A stretch of DNA of 64,000 nt, from positions 2,880,001-2,944,000 of the forward strand of contig CAXXVL010000002.1 in assembly GCA_963667845.2 (NCBI GenBank), read 5' to 3'. Origin of the DNA: Smithellaceae bacterium (GTDB taxonomy: Bacteria; Desulfobacterota; Syntrophia; Syntrophales; Smithellaceae). Numbering within the stretch: position 1 is the stretch's first letter; each line of letters starts with the position of its first letter. The notes under the pieces were generated by a model. That model saw nothing but the letters and a program-made list of their open reading frames with translations, had not been told where the DNA came from and did not search any database. The position numbers and the translations under genes are program-made. This document shows positions 1 to 8,285 of the stretch, in pieces.

Positions 1-1
1 G

Positions 2-919
2 TATTTCGACTTTGAGAATTTTAGCAATTTGTTGTTCAATAATATGAAGTTAGAAATAAAGGACAAAAACTCTATCTTTTTGCAAGAGCAGTCCACTTTC
101 TATGTGTTGTTTTCGGACCGTTACTTGTTTTCCAAATTGGGCAACGAAGGCAGAAATCAAGTTATGGATGTATTGGAGTGCGCATATTTAAATACAATGA
201 TGAATTATACAAACCACAATGAAGCGGCTTGGCATATGTATAAAGAACATATTTTGGTGCGTGAGAAAGAAACCAGTCAATATGAATCTATGGATCGCTT
301 TTTTACTGTTTATCAATCAAACCTGATTCACATGCTTGGCCTAGATAAAGATTACATCTCTGTCCGATTTCTACTTGATCAAATCATTAATGCGGGAACC
401 ATGATGTTTGCATTAAAAATGTTAAGCACACTTGAAGTTGCAATCTTAATCAGTAAAGAGGAAAAACTTGCCGCGTCAAATAGCCAGTCGGTCGCCACAG
501 TTATGGAAATCAGGCGAGACGGTCTTTTTATCGCCTACAATAATGGCACGGTACTAGATACAAAGACAAATCTGATGTGGGCGGCAAAGGACAACGGGGC
601 GAATATTAACTGGGCAGATGCCAAGAAATATTGTGAGAATTATCGCGGGGGCGGCTATGCTGACTGGCGAATGCCCACGGCGGAGGAACTGATTGGGTTG
701 TATGATGCGAACAAATCGCGACCATTAGCATGCAATAAAGCATATTCGATACATGTTGCTACTGATTTGATTGATATTACGTGTTTTAATCCATGGACCT
801 CCGAGACGACCAATACCTTGGCCGCCAGCATCACTTATCACGATGGCATTAAGCGGAACAATTATTTACAGACGAGCACCGGCGGCTTCCGTGCGCTCCC
901 GGTGCGTTCAGGCAAATAG
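2..919 (+). CDS. DUF1566 (Lcl C-terminal, C-type-lectin fold) domain protein, 5'-partial
   Basis: C-terminal motifs NGTVLDTKTNLMW, NWADAKKYC, DWRMPTAEEL, WTSE and RALPVR. The frame is open back to base 2, so the true start is probably off-window. Confidence 0.85.
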   Translation, partial: YFDFENFSNLLFNNMKLEIKDKNSIFLQEQSTFYVLFSDRYLFSKLGNEGRNQVMDVLECAYLNTMMNYTNHNEAAWHMYKEHILVREKETSQYESMDRFFTVYQSNLIHMLGLDKDYISVRFLLDQIINAGTMMFALKMLSTLEVAILISKEEKLAASNSQSVATVMEIRRDGLFIAYNNGTVLDTKTNLMWAAKDNGANINWADAKKYCENYRGGGYADWRMPTAEELIGLYDANKSRPLACNKAYSIHVATDLIDITCFNPWTSETTNTLAASITYHDGIKRNNYLQTSTGGFRALPVRSGK

Positions 920-1021
920 GGTATTCGGTACTTTGATTATTTCCTTTTTCCGGATGCACGGCGGAGCCGAAAAACTCTTAATACTTTATGGCAAATAAAA
1001 CAAAAAAAGGAGCGATGTGGT

Positions 1022-1276
1022 ATGGAACAAGAACCCAAAGCAACCAGACTCGTAGCAGAAATACAACGTAGGCTTCCCAATGCAAAAGTATTTTGGGATA
1101 AACCGCCAAAACCCACAACTGATAATAGTGCTTTCTGCATTTTGACTGCTGCGAGCCTGAAGGAACCTGACAAGAAAGTCTCCATGAAGTACGCCAACGG
1201 GATAGGAGACGACGACCATTTTACTGTCGAGCAGTCGGCTGATGATTTTATGGCTTATTTGGCGGGAAAACTTTAA
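1022..1276 (+). CDS. Hypothetical protein (84 aa)
   Basis: AAGGAG SD upstream of the ATG; no recognisable motif. Confidence 0.6.
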   Translation: MEQEPKATRLVAEIQRRLPNAKVFWDKPPKPTTDNSAFCILTAASLKEPDKKVSMKYANGIGDDDHFTVEQSADDFMAYLAGKL

Positions 1277-1295
1277 GATTTAAAATAGCCATTTT

Positions 1296-1523
1296 CTAAT
1301 GCACATCAAAAGCGATTGCGTAATTGCTATCGTCACGAACAAGGTAGAACCGTATCATTTTTGTTATACCCATATTCACTAAATACTTAGCGGCTCTCGA
1401 CTTGGCTTCGTCAAATGCTGCATCTTCTTCACCTGTAATAATGCTTTGTGTTTCAATGCTGGGATATCCATCTTCATTGATTGTTGTTATGGCATTGCCA
1501 CTTAAATATAGACGCCACTGCAT
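1296..1523 (-). CDS. Hypothetical protein (75 aa)
   Basis: AAAGGAGA SD 9 nt before the ATG; convergent with the previous ORF. Confidence 0.65.
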   Translation of the reverse strand: MQWRLYLSGNAITTINEDGYPSIETQSIITGEEDAAFDEAKSRAAKYLVNMGITKMIRFYLVRDDSNYAIAFDVH

Positions 1524-1738
1524 ATTACAATATCTCCTTTCAAATACAAAATAAATGGTGCCTTACAAATCTCAGCCTTGTGTACTTTATGGGTGAAGGC
1601 AATACGACGCCGCGCAGTCCCATTTCGCCAAGCATTCTGGCTCATGCCCGACAACGCTTGACTGCTTGCCCTGATCTTGATAATCCGTGTCATAATCCAT
1701 CCAGCTACCCAGGCGCGCTAATCTGAATTAGATTTTGA

Positions 1739-2050
1739 CTAAAACCGGCTCCTCGGTTGCCGCTGTGCCAGAATAAACCGCTCATCCAAATCCTTCTGCT
1801 GCCTTTCCTTCTCTGCCTCATACCCCAGTGCAGTATTAATGCCCTCATCTTGCCATGTTTTGTCATTATAATTCGACTGATTCAGTTCCAGGATATATGT
1901 ATCTAAGTGAGATTTCTGCGCCATGGGCCTTCCCGAAGGATCACGAAAAATAGGCATTCCATTGCGCGCCCAGCGCTGAGCCGTCTTTGCAGACTTTCCA
2001 AGATATTTCCCGATGTCCGTCCAACCAACGAGCCATTGATCTGTTTCCAT
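1739..2050 (-). CDS. Small HTH DNA-binding protein (excisionase/MerR-like fold)
   Basis: GWTDIGKYLGKSAKTAQRWARNGMPI pattern; GGAGGT SD. Confidence 0.8.
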   Translation of the reverse strand: METDQWLVGWTDIGKYLGKSAKTAQRWARNGMPIFRDPSGRPMAQKSHLDTYILELNQSNYNDKTWQDEGINTALGYEAEKERQQKDLDERFILAQRQPRSRF

Positions 2051-2207
2051 TTGTCACCTCCCGTCTCACATTTCGGTCAGTTTGTCCCGAATAGGTATTT
2101 CTGCCATTAGTGGCAATGCAGGGGCATACGTGTGTCTGCATTAAAATAAATACTTCGATGCTTGGATGATTCTAATTCTACGCTAACTGCGCAGGCTCAT
2201 CTTCTCC

Positions 2208-2825
2208 TCAAAATTGTTCTTCTTTCTTTAGTAATTCTTGACCAAGAAATTCTAACCATTTTGGAAACTTTCGATACATATGCTGCTTAAGAAGCCATGC
2301 CTTCTTTTCCCCATCAGAGCGAAATTTGTTAAATTCCTTGCGAGCATCACCAACAAGCATCCCCCAGTAATATGATTCTTCTTTCTCTTCTGGTACTATC
2401 CAAGCCTTGGAAAAAGAAACTCTCCGCCCTTTTTCCCATGGATGATTCAAAATATCGGGCAAAGTATTTTCTAAAAATTTCTTTTTATCATGGCGTTTAG
2501 CTCCAACGAACTTCCTGTCTGATATTATTACCGAGATATCCAGACCATTAATACGAGAGTGATGACTACTAACATTTTGACTTATAAAGTTTGACAACTT
2601 TTTACCGCTTTCCGTTCTGAATCCAACAAAGACCTGAATACACGGTAATTCCATATAAGCATCCGATATTTTAACCATGTATTTCTTAATCAGTTTCTTG
2701 CGGCAACTTGGACACTTCCATTCCATACAAAGAAGATTAAAAGAAATCGCACCACTCGGTCCTACCAGAGTAACCAACATGCCGCAGCCACTCCAAACAG
2801 CATGTTCCCTTCCTTGCTTTTTCAC
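2208..2825 (-). CDS. Zn-finger protein, possibly replication-related
   Basis: C-x18-C-x4-C-x2-C (LCMEWKCPSC) resembles the Zn domain of Rep/IS91-type proteins. Located downstream of the xis-like gene; no clear HUH motif. Confidence 0.5.
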   Translation of the reverse strand: MKKQGREHAVWSGCGMLVTLVGPSGAISFNLLCMEWKCPSCRKKLIKKYMVKISDAYMELPCIQVFVGFRTESGKKLSNFISQNVSSHHSRINGLDISVIISDRKFVGAKRHDKKKFLENTLPDILNHPWEKGRRVSFSKAWIVPEEKEESYYWGMLVGDARKEFNKFRSDGEKKAWLLKQHMYRKFPKWLEFLGQELLKKEEQF

Positions 2826-2882
2826 ATAATTTACCTTGTAATATCTTCATGCTATGGCAATATCACGTAATTCATTATAAAA

Positions 2883-3025
2883 TCATCATGTTAGGTAAGT
2901 AATTGGTAAGCAGTTGTTCTAATAGCTATTTAGTTTGGAAATGAATAAAGAACAACTGCTAAAGTAATACATATGTAAATATTTAATATTATTAACATAA
3001 TTACTAAATTTGCCTAACATGATGA
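2883..3025. repeat. Nested perfect inverted repeats in an AT-rich spacer
   Basis: TCATCATGTTAGG 2883-2895 pairs with CCTAACATGATGA 3013-3025; AGCAGTTGTTCT 2909-2920 pairs with AGAACAACTGCT 2949-2960. Confidence 0.85.
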
Positions 3026-3068
3026 ATTTGCATAAGTATTTAAGTATTTCATTTGTGACGCCTTGTAT

Positions 3069-3332
3069 TCATTTATTATCATTACCTTTTTTTACGCGAT
3101 TGACGAGCCAATCAATAGTGGCCATGCGCTCATAAAAGGTTTTATTACCAATAATGACACGCCATTTAATGCCGTGGCCCACCGAATCTGCATTAGCTAA
3201 TGTACCCCCTGCAACAAGTCCGTTCAAAAGAGGGTCTCGACGTGAGATCAACTTTTGTTCAATGGGAAACATTGCTTCAAGCTGTTTCCGAAGTTCGTCT
3301 TTGGTCATGGCTTGTTTCAGTTCTTGCTTCAT
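3069..3332 (-). CDS. AlpA/excisionase-like recombination directionality factor
   Basis: GTLANADSVGHG..RVIIGNKTFY...IDWL is a winged-helix pattern typical of island RDFs. The GGAGGT SD supports a start at 3332. Confidence 0.7.
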   Translation of the reverse strand: MKQELKQAMTKDELRKQLEAMFPIEQKLISRRDPLLNGLVAGGTLANADSVGHGIKWRVIIGNKTFYERMATIDWLVNRVKKGNDNK

Positions 3333-3410
3333 AATAAGTACCTCCATCAATTTTTATTATCTTGCTGGATCATAATGTAACATATTGAAATAATATGTCA
3401 AATTGTCTAT

Positions 3411-3510
3411 TGCGGAATGGACGAATTGCAGAATGGACGAATTATGAAACGCATTGACTGATTCCGTTTGCGCAGTAATTCGTCCAGAAATAAATGAGAA
3501 AATGGACGTT
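3411..3510. promoter_or_regulatory. Operator-like TGGACG(AATT) repeat cluster
   Basis: Tandem 16-mers TGC(G/A)GAATGGACGAAT at 3411-3442, an inverted copy AATTCGTCCA at 3477-3486 and a partial copy at 3501-3508. Confidence 0.7.
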
Positions 3511-3511
3511 T

Positions 3512-4093
3512 TTACTTCTTTGTCTTGGCGCGTTTTGCGCCTCTTGGTGCTGGTGGAAAGCCTAAGCATTTGATAAGTCTATTGAATTGAGTTCGACAAT
3601 AAGGATTGTATTTATGGTCTTTTAGAATTTCGTCTATTCGTTTTTTCGCTTTAACTTTGTTCATCTTAGGGTCATCACGACGCAGCTTTGTTGCTTCCTC
3701 AATAACAATGGATGCTCTTGGCTTGGAAATACGTTTATTATTCGATAATTTGTCTTGCGCAGATTCAACAAGGAGATTTTTTGTAAGGCACTGTTGATAC
3801 GCATCAGTAGGCAGTATATGAGAGGTCATTCCATTTTTCTTTTCATAGTTTTCCACATCAGAAATACGAAAAATAAGTTTTGTTACTTCATCAACGGTGA
3901 ATGGTTCTTGGCGCAGGCAACTCGTGAGACCGTCCGGATATTCTATAAACGACGAGCCGTCAACTATGCGCAAAACTGAAAAGTCATCGCCAAAATATGA
4001 CTGCAACTTCCCATCAAAGACCATGTTTGCGAGGTCGTATTTATTAATATTCCAACGGGTGCAAAGATCTGACCATGTAATCCATTTTTTCAT
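3512..4093 (-). CDS. Putative island regulator (N-terminal HTH-like region, basic C-terminus)
   Basis: AGGAGG SD; WSDLCTRWNINKYDL N-terminus; located between int and xis. Confidence 0.7.
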   Translation of the reverse strand: MKKWITWSDLCTRWNINKYDLANMVFDGKLQSYFGDDFSVLRIVDGSSFIEYPDGLTSCLRQEPFTVDEVTKLIFRISDVENYEKKNGMTSHILPTDAYQQCLTKNLLVESAQDKLSNNKRISKPRASIVIEEATKLRRDDPKMNKVKAKKRIDEILKDHKYNPYCRTQFNRLIKCLGFPPAPRGAKRAKTKK

Positions 4094-4170
4094 CGTGGTT
4101 GCGCCTCCTATGAGTTTGGATTGGGAAGAGCCGCAAGGATAACTGGCATGTCAAGCCCTCGGCTTTTTCC

Positions 4171-5415
4171 TTATTTTTTAAATTTTAAAACTTTTTCTGA
4201 TTTATGCGCCGCTGCCTTAATTATCTTTCCAAAGCCTCTGGTTGCCTCTTGTAAAGCGCCGTTTGATAGATGGCTGTATCTCTCTGTCAATACAATACTG
4301 CCATGTCCAAGGAGTTCTTTGAGAACATATAAATCGGTTCCGCCTTCAGCGTGCCAGGAAGCCATTGTATGCCGTAGCGTATGAAAGCAAACACGCTGCC
4401 TGGAATCGCTTACATTCTCATTAAATTTTAATTCCGTGATAATATCCCGAAAGAGGGTAGGGATTTCATTATAAGATTTGCCTGTCTTTTGAAGAAAAAC
4501 AAGATCGTCATTTTTCCCGCGCTTCATGCCATTAAACATATTTTTGATTTGCGATGTCATAAATGCAGCCCGCCCATGCCCGGATTTCGCGTCAAGAATG
4601 GTTATGATGCCGCGTTCGGTATCAATACAACCCCAAGTCAGTTTGAATATCTCTGAAGCTCTCATGCCGGTATGCAATGAAAGCGAAGCCATTTTATAAA
4701 TTGATTCGTTTTTTTCTTTTAGCTTTGCAAATAATAAGTCGGCTTCGGCATGGCTTAAAAATCTTTGACGCCTATTATCGAATTTTGGAATCTTAACATT
4801 CTTGGTCGGTGAATCGCCGGAAACGATTTTTCCGCGTTGTGCTTTATTCCATATCTGGCGAAGCGTGGCCATTACATATTGGGCGGTTCGTGGTGTTTTG
4901 CCAGCGTCCAAGAGTTTCTTGACTATTCGCCGGGCATCAAATTCAGACAAGTCTTTTAAAGGTTTATGACCGGCAATGGGGGCAATCCAAAGTCGAAAAT
5001 GTGTTTCTTCGTGGACGTAGGATGAATATTTTTTATTTATCTTTGCATCTGGATAATATGTATTTTCAAAATATTGTTTAAGAGTGATTTTTTCTTTTTG
5101 AATGTGTTCTTCCTCTATTTTTGCAGCCTCTTTCCGCTTATCCTCAAGATTCCTGCGCTCAGATAGGCGTGAAGGTCCTTGTATTAATCCTTTTGCAGCC
5201 TCTTTCAGTTCTGCCAAGACGAGGGCAGTCTTTTCTGCTGTCCAGTGTTTCTGATCGTTCGGGTCCATCTCACTTGCCCATCCCAAGCCTTCTTCGATCC
5301 GTTTACCGTTTTGCTGATAGCGTATGGAAAAATATCGGTCTTTTTTCACGCCATGTTTTCGGATATCATGTTCACGATATCGGACGCCCTTATATTTGGT
5401 GCTAATCCATTTCAT
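4171..5415 (-). CDS. int: Tyrosine recombinase / phage-type integrase
   Basis: Catalytic set intact: R (TGMRASE), K (AKSG), HxxR (FHTLRH), H (LGH), Y (ERYSH). Likely start MKWIS at 5415. Confidence 0.95.
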   Translation of the reverse strand: MKWISTKYKGVRYREHDIRKHGVKKDRYFSIRYQQNGKRIEEGLGWASEMDPNDQKHWTAEKTALVLAELKEAAKGLIQGPSRLSERRNLEDKRKEAAKIEEEHIQKEKITLKQYFENTYYPDAKINKKYSSYVHEETHFRLWIAPIAGHKPLKDLSEFDARRIVKKLLDAGKTPRTAQYVMATLRQIWNKAQRGKIVSGDSPTKNVKIPKFDNRRQRFLSHAEADLLFAKLKEKNESIYKMASLSLHTGMRASEIFKLTWGCIDTERGIITILDAKSGHGRAAFMTSQIKNMFNGMKRGKNDDLVFLQKTGKSYNEIPTLFRDIITELKFNENVSDSRQRVCFHTLRHTMASWHAEGGTDLYVLKELLGHGSIVLTERYSHLSNGALQEATRGFGKIIKAAAHKSEKVLKFKK

Positions 5416-5438
5416 TTTGCTTTCCCTTTCTGAAAAGT

Positions 5439-5458
5439 TGTCCCCACTCTGTCCCCAC
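5439..5458. repeat. Candidate integrase arm-type sites
   Basis: TGTCCCCAC direct repeat at 5439 and 5450 (11-bp period), between int and the att core. Confidence 0.6.
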
Positions 5459-5574
5459 AATACGCCTGAAATAGGATGTTTCACAATCCTTCCCTGTGAA
5501 GGTAATATAGATGTAAGTTATCTATATGTCAAGATATATATGGTTATTAATGAAATATCGTGAAAGTTATAATT

Positions 5575-5635
5575 AGGGACTTAAAATCCCTCGTTGTTTG
5601 ACAACGTGTCGGTTCGATTCCGACCCCAGGTACCA
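5575..5635 (+). tRNA. 3' fragment of tRNA-Leu(TAA), forming the att site (not a complete tRNA)
   Basis: AGGGA-CTTAAAA-TCCCT anticodon arm, long variable arm CGTTG-TTTGA-CAACG, GTCGG-TTCGATT-CCGAC T arm and ACCA end. No D arm or 5' acceptor strand upstream. Confidence 0.92.
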
Positions 5636-5646
5636 AGTAAAATAAG

Positions 5647-5682
5647 AAGGTTAGGCGTTCATTGCCTGACCTTTTTTATTTT
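5647..5682 (+). terminator. Intrinsic terminator after the tRNA fragment
   Basis: AAGGTTAGGC/GCCTGACCTT stem followed by a T-tract. Confidence 0.75.
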
Positions 5683-6046
5683 CGAAATTGGCAACTGTGC
5701 CTGGATTTGTGCCCATTTGTCCTGAAAGCAAGTTCGTTGTTTTTGTGAGGCGAACGGATTTTCATGATGTGCATGATGACCTTGCGCCAGTACCGTTACC
5801 GATCCATGAAAAAGCCACCGGTGAACAGAGTATTCGGCGAAACTGAATAGAAACATGCCGAGGAGCATGGCTAAAGGAACTGGAATGAATCCCAATTCAT
5901 GATTACGTAAACCTGTCACAATCAGAATTATACCCAATGGAATATCAATAGCGAAGTCACTCCAGTAGTTCAGCGAAGTCTTTGACATCCCTAATGCGCC
6001 ATTTAGTATACCATCAAAACAGATGATTGATAATGTTTTCCATCAT
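5659..6046 (-). pseudogene. Truncated sterol desaturase / fatty-acid hydroxylase family gene
   Basis: EYSVHRWLFH and HHAHH His boxes are present, but homology ends at about 5750 and the C-terminal His boxes are missing. Possible frameshift in a T-run near 6016-6019. Confidence 0.75.
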
Positions 6047-6207
6047 GGTCTATTTCTCTAAGAAGACACGGGGGCGTCCAAAGGGTAGACTCATCTCACA
6101 GGCAGGGGAAAGACCATGAGTCCGGAAACATTGCCTTTGCCAAAATTACTTCTCTATAAGAGGGCAGGAATGCCTGTCACGCTGTATATAGGATAATGAT
6201 ATTTTAT

Positions 6208-6387
6208 CTACTGAAGATCTGAACCGGATTTATTCTTGCTAATCTCATAATTGGCAATCCTGATAGCTTTCGCTTCGTCACCTGTGTCACGCAATATCGC
6301 ATTTGCGATCTTTGCCGCCTTCCTTGCCTGTTCTATAGTCAACTTCTTATTATGTTTGCTTCTGAAACTTTCAGCAGTCCACGGCAT
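6208..6387 (-). CDS. Small protein, DUF2188/YdaT-N-like (59 aa; below the ORF-track cutoff)
   Basis: Translated by hand: MPWTAESFRSKHNKKLTIEQARKAAKIANAILRDTGDEAKAIRIANYEISKNKSGSDLQ. Shows the MPW...KAxxIANAxL...DExxAIxIA family pattern. Confidence 0.7.
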   Translation of the reverse strand: MPWTAESFRSKHNKKLTIEQARKAAKIANAILRDTGDEAKAIRIANYEISKNKSGSDLQ

Positions 6388-6708
6388 AAATCCAAATTCT
6401 TTCTTGTTGTGCCTGAGATAAATTAAAAGTTAGCTATTTTCACTGCCGCAAATTCATGACAGCAGGAATATTATATACTATCCCAAAATGAAGAACGAGG
6501 GATTCCCTCATATTTCCTGATCATCTGCCTCACAGATTAGGATTAATTGCCGAATTTGAAAATCCTCTCACGCCCGCGAATTCATAACGCCACTTATAAT
6601 AAACTTAGCATACGTGATAATAAAAGGTAATAAGTGTTAAACCAATGGACAATGGTAGGTTTAACCTACGGGTCCCCGCTTTTCTCGAATTTTGACAATC
6701 AGGAGCAT

Positions 6709-6740
6709 AAAAAAACCCGCTAAGCGATAGCGGGTTTTCT
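6709..6740 (-). terminator. Intrinsic terminator (probably bidirectional)
   Basis: AAAACCCGCTA-AGCGA-TAGCGGGTTTT. Confidence 0.85.
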
Positions 6741-6848
6741 TTGTTATCAGCCGGAAGAATCGTCCAGGCATAATTCTTCGTCCTCAGGGCGACTTATCTA
6801 TCCGTCACTCCTTCAATACTATGGTATCCCGACATCTCACGGTCGGAT

Positions 6849-8285
6849 CTAGGTGAGAATGCCCGCTTTGCGCTTGGCCTTCTCCTCGTAGCGGGCAAGC
6901 GGCGACTCAGCCAGGATCATCATCTTCTGGGCTTCCATCGATCCTTCGGCATGTACTGTGGTCACTTCATGGAATGCGGCTTCATGTGAACAAACCTGGC
7001 GCATTGTCTCGTGGATCATCTTCATCCGGTCGAGGGTGCTGTATTTGTCGGAACCGCCCAGATAGTGTTCCAGGTATTCATGAATGTCCGGATTGTCCCA
7101 ATCCTTCTTATCCGGGGCCGTGGCAATGATCCCGCCCGAGATATCCTGGATCAACTCGACGAATGCATGATATTTGCTGGCAAAGTGCAGCTTGGCCATA
7201 TTGGCGATGAGTGGATTGGGTACGGCGATGTCGCCGTACATGACCGGTTCGGAGGCCGCCGCATTAGCCAGTGCCCGCAGTGTTTCGACGTAGGCCGCGA
7301 TATCGGCCAGTTTATTGCGGATGTGGCCGACTTTCTCCAGACCGTTGTATTTGGCCATGGCCACGGCGCAGCCGGCCATGACCTCAACGGAAGGCACCTT
7401 ATAGCTGATCGCGGTAAAACGGTGGAAGGTGGCAAACGTGTAAGCGAGCAGCATCGAATATTGCCACTCCCCGCACATGAATACGCGGTCCCTGGGGACA
7501 AAGACATTGTCAAAAACGATTATGGCCTCTGTCAATTCGCGGACGGGAACATCCGCGTGGAATTCATGGTCCGACCACGGGCCTCTTCCGTTTCGGCAGA
7601 TAAAGGTCACGCCTTTGGTGTTGGCCGGAATGGCGAAGCTCACCGCGTAGTCCGCTTCGTTTTCCCGCATCTGCCTGGTGGGAACGACGATGATTTCATT
7701 GACTGCGGGTGCGCTGGTGATATGAATCTTGGCCCCTTTCACGAAGATTCCCTCTTTGTTTTTATCTACGACATGGACATAGTAGTCGGGATGTTTTTGC
7801 CGGGCCGGTTCTTTCCCCCGGTCGCCTTTCACGCAGGTCACGGCGCCGCAGGTATGCAAGTCTTTCTTGCGTAGATGTTCCAGAAAATTCGTTGCGTTTT
7901 CCTGATACTGCTTCTTGCCCATTTTGCCCGCGACGACGAACGCGGCATTGAGGCAATCCGTGCCGATGTCCCGGCCGAAGGGCAGGCCACCGGTAAGTTC
8001 CATGGATCGCTGGATCATCTTCGTCCGGTTAGCCAGGTCTTCGCGGTTGTGGGGGGTAATAAAAAAACGACTGATCGGTTCGCCCGTTTCCGGGTGGGGG
8101 GCGACAAACAGGTTGCGGATTTCCGGATCCTTAGATGCGGAAAGTTCATAAGCCGCGCCGATCGTGTCGCAGGTGATGCCCAGAACTTTATGCTTGGTGA
8201 CATCATCCACTTTTTCTCCACCGATGTAAACGCGTCTTCCATCGCGCAGAGAGGCCTTGTACTCTTCAACGGTTCGAATTGCCAT
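6849..8285 (-). CDS. 4-hydroxybutyryl-CoA dehydratase / 4-hydroxyphenylacetate 3-hydroxylase family flavoprotein
   Basis: Motifs EYKASLRDGRRVYIGGE, VKGDR, GAKIHIT, IVFDNVFVP and HAEGS; GAGGAGG SD. Confidence 0.9.
   Translation of the reverse strand: MAIRTVEEYKASLRDGRRVYIGGEKVDDVTKHKVLGITCDTIGAAYELSASKDPEIRNLFVAPHPETGEPISRFFITPHNREDLANRTKMIQRSMELTGGLPFGRDIGTDCLNAAFVVAGKMGKKQYQENATNFLEHLRKKDLHTCGAVTCVKGDRGKEPARQKHPDYYVHVVDKNKEGIFVKGAKIHITSAPAVNEIIVVPTRQMRENEADYAVSFAIPANTKGVTFICRNGRGPWSDHEFHADVPVRELTEAIIVFDNVFVPRDRVFMCGEWQYSMLLAYTFATFHRFTAISYKVPSVEVMAGCAVAMAKYNGLEKVGHIRNKLADIAAYVETLRALANAAASEPVMYGDIAVPNPLIANMAKLHFASKYHAFVELIQDISGGIIATAPDKKDWDNPDIHEYLEHYLGGSDKYSTLDRMKMIHETMRQVCSHEAAFHEVTTVHAEGSMEAQKMMILAESPLARYEEKAKRKAGILT

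Larger units (their letters stand above)
1..5635. mobile_element. Right part of an integrative element (genomic island or satellite-like) inserted in tRNA-Leu(TAA); left end outside the window
   Basis: Tyrosine integrase next to a displaced 3' tRNA fragment. Also an excisionase-like gene, HTH genes, arm-type repeats and visibly lower GC than the downstream backbone. Confidence 0.9.

Noticed and set aside
3411..3510. CRISPR array
   Set aside because: Repeats are at most 16 bp, adjacent or inverted, with no spacers and no cas genes.
5575..5635. Complete tRNA-Leu gene
   Set aside because: The 5' acceptor strand and D arm are absent; it is the att fragment.
6745..6815. Hammerhead ribozyme (CTGAGGA plus a stem on the minus strand) or a tiny TGA-ending selenopeptide
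   Set aside because: No GAAA after stem II, and the frame has an upstream TAG and no start codon.
7011..7874. Long antisense ORFs (also 8690-9379, 10882-11571, 30904-31602, 54043-54777, 62480-63313)
   Set aside because: Shadow frames opposite well-supported genes, with no motifs of their own.
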